Assembly (NCBI GenBank): GCA_030704615.1
Contig: CM060733.1
Span: forward strand, 65,658,001 to 65,722,000
Direction: 5' to 3'
Source: Takakia lepidozioides
Lineage: Eukaryota; Plantae; Bryophyta
DNA: 64,000 nucleotides
Numbering within the stretch: the stretch's first letter is position 1; every line of letters begins with the position of its first letter. Made by a program: the position numbers and the translations under genes. This document shows positions 25,793 to 38,539 of this stretch, piece by piece. The notes under the pieces are model-generated. The model saw only the letters and a list, made by a program, of their open reading frames with translations, was not told the DNA's origin and made no database searches.

Positions 25793-28647
25793 TCATTTTC
25801 TCCAGTCATACTCTTTGACTCCTCGAGGTCTTCTCATAGCAGGTAGTCTACTAGATTTCTTAGTGGTGATTTGTATCTTGCGCTTCCCATCATGCACAGT
25901 TAGCAACTGGGAATTCCAGTCATGGAATACCCTGGCCTGTTTCAGCCATGGTTGACCTAGCAATAAGGAGTAAGCTTCCATGACATCATCTATTTTCAAT
26001 ACAGTCACTGTGATTTTAAAGATCATCTTTTGAATCTGTATCTTGACTCCTCTTATCAAGCCTAATGGCTGAACACTTCTTTGATCTGCCATTGTTATTG
26101 TGAATGGGGCTGGTTTCATGATACTTAGACCAAGCTTCAGCCTTAATTGGTCTGTCATGATATTCACTCCAGAGCCTCCATCTATCAGTACATCAGTCAG
26201 GTCTGTGCTTCCAATTCTCAATTGGATTACTGGCATTGAATCATCAAAGTCCATGACTGTTTCTCGCCCTTCCGGCTTCACATTATAACTGGTCACCCTG
26301 CTGTTCATGCCTGTGTTCTCTGTCACATGGGCAATCTGATTGATTGCTTGATACAGGCTGTGCCTACAATGAGGTGCCACAGCCAATAGCTGTCCAATGG
26401 TAATCTCCGCCTTGGACTGACATATTACTTCAGCCAAAGTCCCTTCATTACCCTGCACTTGTGTAGCTTCTTTCTTCACTTCATCTTCACTCTCTTCATC
26501 TTCTCTTCCAGAATCAGAGGATTCTGCCATAGGGATATCAGTACTCTTCTGCATTTCTCTTATGGTATCAGCCACTTCCTTGTGCAGTTCCTTCTCATCT
26601 CTCCAAGCCTCATCATCTTTAGGCACATCATTGCCATCTTCATTATCATCATCTTCCTCATCTACTGGAGGTATTAATTTAGCTTTGCTTCTAGTTACTA
26701 TCATTATACTTTCTTCTAGTACAACACATGGCCTAACCATGTGAGCTGCCACCACTGGGCCCCCCTCATTCACAGGAGCTCTCATGTCATTCTGGTGTCT
26801 AATCCAGAATGACCAGGCTGCCTTGCGATGTTCTGCCTGATTACAATAGTAACACAGTTCTTCACCATTGGGTCCTCGCCCTTGATCTGCTCTGGGATTA
26901 TTTCTATAATCCTGATTCCCTGGCTGGTAATTCCCCCTTGGATTACCCTGATAGTTGCCTCTGGGATTGCCTTGGTAATTCCCTCTTGGATTACCTCTCC
27001 CTTCCATACCATTGTTATAACCACCAAGCCTTCCATAGTGGTCCTGATCATTGTTTCTTCTTGGCTGGGGCTGCACTTGATGCACCCTTACTTACATAGG
27101 TTCTCTTGCAGTTGTTCTTCTGTTGTAGTTACAATTCTCAGTAGAATGGTTATCCATTTTATAGATAGTACAGTGTTTCTCCTTCATGTGGCATTCAGCT
27201 GTGGTATGGCCTTCATTCTGGCATTTTGCACACCAAACACCCTTCCTCCAATGTGTTGCAGCCTCTCATACTTCTTCAAGATCTCCTCCAGCCTTTTCTC
27301 ATAGTTTTCCCTCTTCAACTTTTCCTTCTTCTTACTCTTCATTTTGAGCTCTTGCTCTTCTTCCTCATCTGACTCCTCTTCAGAGTCCTCATCATCCATT
27401 TTCTCTCTTCTGAGCATCCCCAATTGCTCAATTTTGTTGGCTGTTTCAAATGCCTCTTCCACTGTATTATGGGGTAGCATGTCCACTATATTTTGTAATT
27501 CAGGTCTTAATCCACTCACAAACCAGGTCTTCTGTAACCTTGGTGCTGGCACAACAGCCAACTTTCTCATCATCAATTCCATCTTTTCCATGTACTCCTC
27601 AACAGTTTCATGCTTCTTTTGCTTTAACTGTTGTAAACTACCATACACTTCATCCTCAGTTTTGCTTGTCCTAAACCTGTTTCGGAATGTTGTACTAAGG
27701 CCATTCCAGGTTAGGAAATGATTATCAGGAAATCTTGCATACCATTCACTTGCTTTCTTAATAAGTGAACATGGGAACAATCTCATCTTGGCATCATCGC
27801 CATTTTCATTGTTCACAATACACATGTGGTCAAATTGGCTGATGTGTACATCAGGATCCCCTTTTCCTGCATATATTGGAAAAGGTGGTTTTGCCCGTGT
27901 TGGTTGTACCGCCATCTGCGGCCCTACACCCTGCCCACTGACAGGTGCTGGTCCCCCTGCTGGTGCTGGTCCTTGAGGACCTGTTGTAGTAGTGGTGGAA
28001 CTCCCACCAGGTGCTGGCCCCTGAGCACTCCCTGCTACTGGCCCCACTATATTCACAGTATTCCCAGCTCCAGTTGCACTACTTCCCACACTCCCTGTCC
28101 CCCCAGAGCCAGATCCAGGCTGCCCGACTGATCCCCCTGAGCCGACACCTTCGTTGGCCTGTGATCCAAGTGCTCCACTTGATCCAGGTCCAACAGGTTG
28201 GGATGTCCTGGTTGTAGTCTCAACCTCAATTCAATTGCAATGGTGTTGGAGAGTCTGAACTCTCCGTTGGCTCTGCCACATCCTCCCCTCCTCTTTGTCT
28301 TCTGTTTCAGAAACTGGAGTTCTTGCTTTTGGTGTTCCATGCCAACTCTTATCAAAGATTTTTATCAAATCTTTTATCCAGGGATGTACCTCAGATCTCT
28401 CCCCTCGTGGCTGATCTTCTTCTTGTACCAAATCCCTTAATCTTTCTTGTAAAGAATAAGAATGAGTGGCATCCAACTCTGGTTCCTCCGGTATGGGTGA
28501 TGTACTCTCCGATCTTAATGGTGTGAGAGGTCCAGATGACTCCCCAATGTCTATTCCTCTCTCCCAAAGATATGGATAATTAGCTTTCAAATAACTCTCT
28601 CTCTTTGCTGAATATCTTTGAAGTCTAGCTTCACTTTCATCACTCAT
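25793..28647 (-). pseudogene. gag-zinc knuckle-aspartic protease
   Basis: ORFs 28231-28647 and 27184-28089 are in one frame (single TGA at 28231); YAGKGDPDVH, LKQKKHETVEEY, FVSGLRP, CYYCNQAEH, protease VLIDGGSGVN. Confidence 0.9.
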
Positions 28648-28667
28648 GTCCCATGTCTTTCATATCT

Positions 28668-29360
28668 TCAATGAGGCAATAACCAAAACTCTCTTCTGTA
28701 GTATCTCTCGTATATGCCTGGGTTTCTTTCAAGCTTCAAAGCACCCTTGGCTATACTAGAAGTCTCTATTACCATATAACCATATGGCAAACACGTTTGG
28801 AAAGCTGTTCTTGGTGTAAGTTTGATCCACAAGATATCCTTGGGAATCCAATTCTTTACCAGTACCAACTCTTCATGCATATGAGTGTAAACATTCACTT
28901 TCCGTTCCTCCCAGCCTTCAAACTCCACTCGTTTTATGGATAGCAACGCTATCACATAAACCAGCGTAGGTAACCAACTTGCTCTCCCTCTACAGGCCAC
29001 TTGATAAATCTTTATCACTCCTTTCTCCAGACCCCACTCAGGATCTGCATCATGCACTCTCTTAAGAATGTTTTCTTTGCAACCGTCCGGCAGTTCCAAG
29101 AATCTCTGAAAGAATTCTTTGGACAACCTTTCGTTCTCAGTTCCACAGGGAATTTGATTCACATCAAATTCTTTAATTCTCCAACCACCATGATCCCACC
29201 AGATGCCTGTTACATCTGGTTGTTCTTGACCCAATTCCCCAGTATGGTCGCCAAATGTCGAGCTTTTGCTCACCCATCCCTTCGCTATCCGAGGTGGAAA
29301 CTCCAAGATAGAAGAGTTGTATATCTCTAAGCACTCAGCCCGCTCAGAACAATCAGTCAT
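28668..29360 (-). CDS. Uninterrupted 230-aa extra ORF upstream of gag, unknown function
   Basis: ATG-initiated, globular-looking composition, same strand as gag, stop 20 bp before the gag ATG. Confidence 0.6.
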   Translation of the reverse strand: MTDCSERAECLEIYNSSILEFPPRIAKGWVSKSSTFGDHTGELGQEQPDVTGIWWDHGGWRIKEFDVNQIPCGTENERLSKEFFQRFLELPDGCKENILKRVHDADPEWGLEKGVIKIYQVACRGRASWLPTLVYVIALLSIKRVEFEGWEERKVNVYTHMHEELVLVKNWIPKDILWIKLTPRTAFQTCLPYGYMVIETSSIAKGALKLERNPGIYERYYRREFWLLPH

Positions 29361-29894
29361 GACCTACAGCTAGTGAGTCATGGTTGTGCTTCCTATTGGT
29401 ATTTCTTCTTGCCTTCATGTTAGCAATTTACCTTACTGTGTATACTGAAGCATCAGATTGCTTCAGTATCTACCAAGTTCCATTCACTCATCCATTCATT
29501 CCACAGCTTCACTCATGTCTCTCTACTCAGTGTGATTGTATCGAATAAGTATCAGATTATGATTTATCAGGTATCAGGCCAATGCCATGGTGACTCTAAT
29601 CTGCCCTACAATATCACTACAGCTTTGCATGTAACAAGCATCTAATGTTCATCTTTCCTCCTTCACCGTGCTCTCCATCCTTGCTCCCGTTCTTGCTCTC
29701 CGTCTGATCTCCTCTCATGCATGACCAAGAAGCGCTCCCCGTGAAGTGATCCCCTACCTGGTGCTGCTCTGCCTAATCTACCTGCAAGCTGTTCCAACCG
29801 CCTAACTAACTAACTATCACCCCTGAAGTAACACGTTCCCTCTGCAAATGTCGTTCCCACACAGTAGTCCCTGCTAATGATAACCGTTCCCTCC

Positions 29895-30075
29895 GTGTGC
29901 TGTGACAGACTGTGCCAAACTGTGTTGGGCTGTGACTGTGCCGAGCTGTGACTGGCTGTGTAAAGCTGTGTCGGGCTGTGACTGGCTGTGCAAAGCTGTG
30001 TCGGGTTGTGATAAGCTGTGATAGACTGTGACGGGCTGTGTCGGGCTGTGATAACCCATGACTTGACTGTGTGAG
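29895..30075. repeat. 10-bp-period CTGTG array inside the LTR
   Basis: GAGCTGTGACTGGCTGTGTAAAGCTGTGTCGGGCTGTGACTGGCTGTGCAAAGCTGTG... Confidence 0.9.
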
Positions 30076-30192
30076 CCTGTCTACCACCCCTAAACATGTG
30101 TGGCCTAAGTCTACCATTTGTAAGTCTGCGCAAAATTAAGGGTACCCCGCAGAACCAGTAAAAGCGTCTAAGTCCCAAACAGCCCTCTAACA

Positions 30193-33100
30193 AGAGCCCA
30201 TTCCAATGGGCTTTGACCATGCGCAGGTCTCAGCCACAATATCCATCCCAAACTCTCAAGCTAGGGGGAGAGGAATCTATAGGCTGAACACCTCCCTCCT
30301 CTCCATCCCAGCCTTCAAACATGGATTAGCGCTAGCTTGGGCTCAAGCGGGGAATGGCTCTACCAACCCAGTCGACAGATTCCTTCTCAAGTTGAACGCA
30401 GTAGCAGCAGCCAGCAAAAAGCTTAGCAAACAAATCACGGAAGCCAGGAAAAGGAAGTTCCAAGCCTTGACGAAATGCCTTAAGGTTTGCCAAACCAGAA
30501 TGGAATCCCCTAGATGTGACAAGTCTACTTACCAAACGTATTTGAAGGCAAAGAAGAATATGGAACTCTTCCAATCGCTCAAGGAAGAGAAGTTTAGGCT
30601 CAAGGCTAGTATAAACTGGTCAACAAAGGGTGAGAAGATGACCAAATTTTTTTTTGATAAAGCCAGGCAGAAAAGAGTGGCCCACTCGATCGCGGAACTC
30701 AAGGACCCTATCTCCGGCCATTCAGCAAAAACTCCCAAGGAGCTAGCGGCATTGGCAGCCATCCACTTCAGGAGCCAGTTTCACAGCGATTTGAGCTGCC
30801 AACCCCTAACCCCAGAACAGATCTAGAGCCTAGATCACACCCCTAAACTGATGCATCCCTCGGAGGCCCAGTCGCTGGATGGCGAATTCACGGACATAGA
30901 GCTGCAGGACGCACTGGACAAGCTTCAGATCGGTAAATCCCCGGGCCTTGATGGCATCCCGGCTGAGTTCTATAAATCGTTGTGGACACACATAGCGCAA
31001 GATTATTTTTTGGAGATGGCCAACCACATCTTTCTCACTCGGAGCATGCCACCCCAGCTATCACAAGGGGTCATCATCCTCTTTTTTAAGAAAGGGGACA
31101 GAACAAACATTGGAAATTATAGACCCATAACCCTGCTGAACGTGGCCTACAAGATAATTGCCAAAGCTTTGGCAATCCGCCTGCATCCCCACCTCCCAAT
31201 CATCATTAGACCCAGCCAAACTGGCTTCATTAAGGGCAGATACATACTAGACAACTTGCTGTTGGCCCAGGAAATTCCAGTCTTTGCAAAAAAAACCAAC
31301 CAGGCTATTGCAATGCTCCTTCTTGACTTTGAAAAGGCATTCGATAGAGTGGAGTGGTCCTTCCTACTCGGGGCACTCCACAGGGTTGGAATTTCCTAGG
31401 AGTTCTGCTTAAGGGTTCAAACACTATTGATGGGGTCGTCCAACAGGGCTCTCCTCAATGGGCATCTATCCAAGTCATTTCCACTGCTCCGGTCGGTATG
31501 CCAGGGGTGCCCCCTGTCCCCCTTCCTCTTCATTATAGCAGCAGACACGCTGGGCCATATGATGGAGGCAAGTCACCACATCACAGGTCTTCATATCACA
31601 AATCACTTCACTAGACAGCCGCAGCAAATTAAGGAATCCATGTTCGTAGACGATACGTTCCTAGCTTTACAAGCCACACACTCCAATTTAGATAGTGCCA
31701 GCAGTTTACTACAATCATTCTGCCAGGCCTCTGGATTCAAGGTCAACTGGGGCAAAACGTGTGCCCTTCTCGTGGGAGAAACCTCGGCCTCAACTCTGGG
31801 AGTTGACCCAACTTGGGGGCAGGATAAAGGTCTTAGATGGCTGAAACCAGGGCAATCAACAACCTTGCTAGGTTATACGTATGGCATTGATCTATCAGAT
31901 TTTTGAGGCAACGCAATCCAAATTTAAAACCAAGCTGGCTCATTGGGGCAGCTACCATTTGTCTTTAACTGGTAGGGTGCTGGTAGCCAATCAGGTCCTA
32001 TCAGCTGGCCAATGATATTTCGCCTCAGCATGGAGGCCCAACGAAATGCAAGTGAATGAAATGAAAAAGCTCATGCGCAACTTTGTCTGGGGGGCAAAGC
32101 ACCCCTCGGAGAAAAAAAGGCCACAGGTGTCGTGGAAGCAGATATGCCTACCAAAGAAGAAAGGGGGGCTGGGCATTATAGACCCACAAACTCAGTTTAC
32201 TGCTCTCCTAGCGAAATGGATCCCTAGATTTATGGGACCAGAAGGAGGGGCCTGGAAACACCTGGTAAGTGACAACATTGCCTTGGCCTCTCCACTAAAG
32301 ACGGTGATCTGGAACCCTTCTTATAGATGGTTGGTAAATGGCTTCAAACATAAACAAGTCGGATCCCCCCTGTGGACAGCAATTTGGCAGGCATGGGCCA
32401 AGCTCAGGCCCTTTCTTACAAAATCAGACCCGGTATCGTACGAAGAAACCCTCCGCCAATCCCTGTTTCTCAATACCAATACCCCACATACAGATCACAA
32501 AAATCAGGCTCGCAAATGGTTTGCCTGGGAGGTACATGGCATTCATAAAGTCAAACACATCTGGTCGAACGCCAGCTTCCGGTCTAAAGATCAAATTGCA
32601 GCCTCCGTAGGTGCAGTCAAAGCCACCAAGTCATACGATACCATTCTCCGATCAGTGTCTGCACTGTGGCTACCTAACCTTATTAAAGGCCCAGTAATGC
32701 CCAATGACACTTTCTGGACGCTGGAAATAATCAACAGCACTATTACCATTCTGTTTGTCACCGGAAAAACCGAATACCAATTCTCCGGATATCACTTTCA
32801 CTGCGAAGTGAACTCCATGAGGCTTACCCTTCAAAACCGTCAACCCCTAGCCACCCCTCGTTTCACCCACACCCCCATAAGGGTCTGCTGGTGGTCATCC
32901 CCAGCTAAGGAGATGAACCCTCTCCCACCGCTCACCACTTCCCTGATTAGCTGGCTGGCCAGCCAAACATTTGTTTGGATTGGTGGAAGACCCCTACAGG
33001 ATCTGGACATGGACCCCAAAGAATGGCAGTGGAATTTCAGGCCATCCTCCAAGCCATTTTTTGAGTACACAACCAAAAAAGCATACTCGGCAATGCTGAA

Positions 33101-34050
33101 CCCCTAGCCCCTATTGGGTAAATGGAACGAAAGATGGAGTCGCCTGAACTTCCAGATTGAAAACTGGAACTCCGTCTGGGGGACGATCTGGAACAAAACA
33201 AGACCAGCCAAGGTAGCAGCGTTTCTCTGGCAAATAGCAAACAGGGCAATAAAAGTGGGGGAATGGTTGGGATTTGATGCTGCCCTCCTCTGCAATGCTG
33301 TTCGGCTGCCCTAATGGAAACAATAGAGCACTGTCTGTTCCAAACCAGCTGCAGTCTGGCCCCTCGTCGCAAGCTTCTACAGAAAACTAGAACTTCCTCA
33401 CTCCTCGCAAAAATCTACATGGACATACAAATTGAAGCCAGGAAAGCGTGGAAAAAACTATGTACAGATATCGAGAGAGCACGATCGGACCAACAAGCTT
33501 CCCAGCTACACTCTACCTTCATTGCGACCTGGGGACGGAATGGGATGATCTGCAACAGCCCCAATCCGGATCGCTGCGACTGGAACAAACTGCCCCCAAG
33601 GGCTTGGAGAGACGCCACGGGTACCATCCACAGCCTCGCCGGAGTTTGACAGGGATATCAACTGGAAGCACGTTAAGCAATCATCAAAGGCCTCCAGGCT
33701 CAGCTTCCGCTAGGTCCGTCGGGCAAGCAATCCGCTGGAGCAGGCCTAACCGTAGCTAGTTTTTGACTGCAGGAGCTATGGTTTTGAGAAACACACATTA
33801 TCGAATCCGGTGGGATCGCCACCACTTAGCAACATTAAGCAAAAAAGCCAAAGGCCTCAGGCCGGACAATTCGTTATTACTCATCATGAGTGGTTAGGCT
33901 CCGAATCATTGACTACGGTGTGTGTGCCTTATGGCGTAATCGGAGGGTGTAATTTTTTCCCTCCCAGTAACCATCTATGTAAGGGCCTAGCCCACCAAAA
34001 ATATTTCAGAATAAAGTTAACCAGGGTTAACCAATATATATATTAAACTC
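30193..34050 (+). mobile_element. L1/Tx1-type LINE, 5'-truncated ORF2 (end of endonuclease, RT, C-terminal region) with stops
   Basis: FDH...YRLN, KSPGLDGIPAEFYK, NYRPITLLN, QTGFIKGR, LDFEKAFDRVEW, QGCPLSP, MFVDD, PKKKGGLG, ETIEH; AATAAA at ~34011. The 3' boundary is approximate. Confidence 0.92.
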
Positions 34051-34095
34051 ATGTAATTTAAAATACATATTAATAGTTTGATAAAATATACAGTG

Positions 34096-34097
<2 letters not shown>

Positions 34098-34130
<33 letters not shown>
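34098..34130 (-). repeat. T33 tract, probably the poly(A) tail of a minus-strand retroposed sequence
   Basis: 33 T followed by (GTTTT)n. Confidence 0.6.
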
Positions 34131-34167
34131 CTTTGTTGTTTTGTTTTGTTTTGGAGAACAGGGGCGA

Positions 34168-34530
34168 GGCCTCTCATTTTTGAGTAATTGGGAGTTTATG
34201 TCGCGCGTGTGGGACAGGGCGCGCACGCCCGCAAGGATGCGGGGTCGCCCTCCCCCGCCCCGCCCACCCCCACCTGCCAGCCGCGCACTGCGGTCGGCAG
34301 CCCCGCAGCCGCCCGCGGCCCTGCCCGCCCGCCCTCGCCGCTGGGTCCGCCCGCCATCGGGTCCCCAGTGGGTCTGCCCTTGCTGGGGTCTGCCCAAGCT
34401 TGGTCTGCGAGGTCTGCCGGCAGACCACCCCAGACCGGCACAACAGACCCAGACGCACCCCAGATGATGTGCCGCCCATCTCACCGTGATGCTGCGCTGT
34501 TATCGTAGCCGCCCGGATTTAGGGCATGGC
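34168..34530 (+). repeat. Left TIR (~360 bp)
   Basis: Inverted match to 44318-44625; the mirrored spurious ORFs MGVYVARVGQGAHA appear at both ends. Confidence 0.92.
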
Positions 34531-34704
34531 AGCCGCCACCAATTGTGGGCAAAGACTATTTCATCGATCTTTTCCTCCCTCTGGTCTGTTCCTGCCAACG
34601 CGCTTCCATCCTGCCAAGAACGTGCGTGCTGTCGTCCTTCGCTTCCACTTTTCCAGGTCGTATTGCAGGTGCTTTCGAGTGCGCAAAGGGGTATTGCAGT
34701 GTAT

Positions 34705-37700
34705 ATGGCAGCGGCCGTCGATGCCCAACCAGAAAGCTTTCTTATACGTCCACTGCGACAATGTCTTCAAACACCAAAAGATGGGCCATTTTCCTGCAAA
34801 GACCTTTACTGGAAGAACGAGAGTCGCTCTGGATACATGGGCTCTCAAGTGCGGGTCCGCACGGCCTGTATTTCCTGGCAGAGAGTGCCCGACTTTGTAC
34901 TTGGAGAGGAGAGTAGAGACGGGTGTTCCACCCAATTTTACATAAATGTGCATGTTAACGCGAAGCCCGGACCGCGAAGAGCTCCAAGAGCTAACACATA
35001 TCTAACCTCTGTCATGTTTGCACCATATTCCCGCACTGCCTCTTTGTTCATGCCCTGTGTTTGTGCTTGCCGGACATGTACATGCATGATATGTAGATAG
35101 GGTTTAGGCTGTCTTACATGCTTGCAGAACTCCATGGGTGTTGATGACATACTCCGATGTCGATGACATACGACCCTGTCCAGGTATCAGTGTTGTTATG
35201 GACCAGAGGACAAGCGCACCAACAATTTGACTGTCACGGATCCTAAAGTCAAGCGAGGAGGTCCGGACGTTGGGGCTGGAAGCAGTAATCCTCACAAAGG
35301 TCCAAGACGAAAGAAAAGCCAATACGGCGAGTCTTACAAGCGTGGGTGTCTCTGTTGTTTCAAAGTCTCGCAATGTTATCTTGCTCCAGACATTGGGGTC
35401 ATCACATATTATAACAACATGCAACACCTGGATGTGTCCGGAAAACCCTCTCATGGCGGATATGCTGAGTTCTAGTTCAGCCGATATGCTTATGCTCCAC
35501 ATATTAGCGAGGAGCTCAAAAAGTGGATCATGGAATGCTTGTCTCAAGGCTTGAGTGTCGCCCAAGTCATGATTGAACGCAAGGAGCACGTCATGCAGAA
35601 CAGTGGCTTGGGAGACGCATGGACACGCGACGACTTTCTCCTCGAGCAAGATGTCCGAAATCTCGCTGAAAAACGAGCCTAGCAGACCTTCAAAAAACGC
35701 GCTGATGACGCACAATCCGTGCGTATGTGGAAAGATCAAAACCCGGACTCGGTCTTCTTCTACCAGGAGGAATCATTGGCACCCACATTTCAACATTTTG
35801 ATGGAGATTTGACCTTCACCATTGGGATTCAGACTCCTTGGCAGCGGCAGAAGATGTTGGACTTGGGCCATGCGCGCATCGTAGCTTGTGACGCTACATT
35901 TGGAACTAACCATCACAAGGTCTGCCATTGACCCTCTCCACGGGCTTTTGCTAGCATGATAGCATACTACAATGGTCTCCCACTCTTGTGGTGCATTGCT
36001 TATTTGTCCTCAATCCCGATAGACCTAACTGTTGTAGACCCTGTCCCAGTACACCCTGTTCTAGCAGACCTTCCACTGCACTCTGTTTTAGGGCAGACCC
36101 TTTTGCGTGTTCACCCTGTTATAGTAGACCCTGTGCCTGTTCACCAAGTTGCAGTACACCCTGTGCGTGTTCACCAAGTTGCAATACACCATGTGCGTTT
36201 TCACCCTATTGCAGTAGACCCTGTGCCTGTCGTTACGATACTGGTCTGCTAATTACAAATTGTCATTTCATGCAGTTCCCCTTGTACACGTTGATGGTGT
36301 TCGACCAATGGTTGAACGGAATTCCGGTTGCATACATTTTGTCAGCACGCAATCGAACATCAGACCTTATCCTGTGGATGCTAGCATTGCGTGATGCCCT
36401 CCTTCAGGAAAAGCCCAACTGGCGGCCAAATGCCTTCATTGTCGACGACGCTCATGCAGAAATCAATGCAATCCGGTATGCCACATCTCAATCTGCCCTA
36501 TGGTCTGCTGTATGGTCCGCTGCAAGGTCTACCATGTCTGGTCTGGTATGCCACATCTCATTCTGCCCTATGGTCTGCCCTATCGTCCGCTTCAGGGTAT
36601 GCTATATGGTCTGCCCTATATGGTCTGCCCTATTTAATCTCATGCTTGTGGCAGTGCTGTATACGAATGCCCGGTTCAGGCACTTCTGACTTTGTGGCCG
36701 CATGCAGGTCTGTTTTCACAGGAGTATGCATTTTCCTTTGCCTTTGGCATGTACGGAAGGCCTGGGTCAAGCAATCATGCCAGAAAATCAGTGATCCGGG
36801 AACATCCTCGAAACTGTTGGCAGATATGGGCGACCTTATGTACTGCAGAGGTGGACCGCAGAAAGAAGACGAAGCTGTGAAATGGGTTAAGAAAAAATTG
36901 AAGGCAATGAAAAAGAAATATCCGTCTGGTCAGTTGTTCCTCCACTACATTCATGTGTACTGGGTTCCCAAAATCGCTATGTGGTGTACTGCTGCCCGCA
37001 ACATTCCACATGCAAGCCAAGATACTAATGCGAGCATCGAGGCATACCACGGAAACTTAAAGGCGAGACTTAATATGGGCAAAGGCAAAATGACCGGTCA
37101 AAGAGCCGATTGGCTCATATGGGAGTTGACTAGGCGTGTACTGGTCCACTACTAGTACGACATTCATCTGAAGACGCATGGGTTTATTCGCAACGATAAA
37201 CAGGAAAAACACATTTCCAGTGCAATATGTGCAGCCCGTGACATACCTCTTTCACATGTGACTTTGCCTGTAGCGCCTGGGCAGCCTGCTTACGTCATCA
37301 GCTCCTCCGATCCGAATACAACGTACACCGTGTTGAATCCAGAGTCGCAGTGGGCCTGCTGCACCTGCCCGTGGGCGCTGAAAGGCAATATGTGCAAGCA
37401 CCAGGTTCGGGTCATAAAGTTGCTAAAACCAGACCTGCAAGACGGTCTCATTGTCCGAACATGTGGTTCCCACTTCGGTACTGTTCACGGTGGCTGGAGA
37501 ATTTGGACGAACACGACGACATGGCAGCATGCGACTTCGAAAGCGGTAACCTGCGTGCAAGCGCAACCCCAAACATGGCAAAGTCATTGCTCATGGTAGA
37601 CCTGTTGGAAGCTATTTTGAAACGGGAGATAACCGACCTGCTTGACCTTGTACACAACGACGCATACCTTATACACCATTGCTTGTCTGCGGTGCGTGTT

Positions 37701-37901
37701 TGTCGAGGGCAGATGCAGGACATCCTCGTCAAAAAAGCTTCCGGCATGTTACACCCGGTTGCAGCTCGAGCGTTCAATCGTGTAAAAGACAACAACAACA
37801 TGTCATTGAAGAGGAAAAATGATTTTGTGGAACATTTTCAAGCTCGGCGGAAAATGAAACTAAATGGGGGGAAAACGTGTGTCTGCCCTTCCCCCTATTA
37901 G
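34705..37901 (+). pseudogene. MULE-domain + SWIM zinc finger transposase, spliced, At4g13970/At1g60560-like; several stops and a frameshift
   Basis: KRGCLCCF, APHISEELK, TRDDFL, IGIQTPWQ, CDATFGTN, FPLYTLMVFD...GIPVAY, FIVDDAHAE, LCLWHVRKAW, QDTNASIEAYH, SWIM CTCPWALKGNMCKH. Introns ~35920-36276 and ~36476-36707; TAG at 35473, 35680 and 37153. Confidence 0.9.
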
Positions 37902-38011
37902 CCATATTTACTTGGCTCTGAGGCGGGTGTCTCATCATCCAGAACTGAGAAAGATGGATCAATCTAACTAAGGAAAGGACGTGCAATTGTCCAATGCGGT
38001 AGATCAATTCT

Positions 38012-38227
38012 CACCTGTAGTAGACCAGATCGGCAGACCATTATGGCAGACCACCTGCAGTAGACCAAATCAGCAGACCGTTATCGCATACCACCTGAAG
38101 TAGACCAATTTGGCAGACCATAATCGGATACCACCTACAGTAGACCAGATCGACAGACCGTTATTGCAGACCACCTGAATTAGACCATTTCGGCAGACCA
38201 TGATAGCACACCACCTGCAGTAGACCA
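38012..38227. repeat. 40-bp tandem repeat (~5.4 units), each unit with 2-3 AGACC motifs, between the convergent genes
   Basis: Unit approximately CACCTGCAGTAGACCAAATCGGCAGACCATTATCGCAGAC. Confidence 0.92.
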
Positions 38228-38539
38228 GCACTGACTTGTAATAGACCAATGCGGCAGAGCATCTGCGACTCCCTTAATGTGTTTTTTAAAGGTTTGATGA
38301 AGGAGACCACAAAGTCAAAAAATGAGCCAAAGTGAACCAGTAAACAAATGTAGTAGAGTAATGAAGCAAGCATAGTTCAATGAAACAGACCAAAGACAGT
38401 ACACTCGACTAACAATGGGACTGACTTGTGCCCCACATTTAGCCGACCACCGAATTTAGTATACCACTATGTCACGGAGCAGACCAGCAACCGTGGTCCA
38501 AACTCAGTCCACTGGAGGTAGCAGACCAATAACATTAAT

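Larger units (their letters stand above)
20654..30192 (-). mobile_element. Non-chromovirus Ty3/gypsy retrotransposon (Athila/Phygy/Selgy-like), 3'-truncated, with extra ORFs before gag and after pol
   Basis: The LTR starts TGTTAGAGGG at 30192. Order: ORF0, gag-PR, RT-RH-INT, repeat array, ORF3. It ends abruptly against PPR sequence at ~20654. Confidence 0.88.

Noticed and set aside
34017-34508. GC-rich ORFs at both ends of the MULE (also 44231-44694)
   Set aside because: They are by-products of the TIR sequence.
38012-38227. CRISPR-like appearance of regular repeats (also 51234-51434)
   Set aside because: The units are contiguous tandem copies with no unique spacers and no cas genes, in a eukaryotic context.
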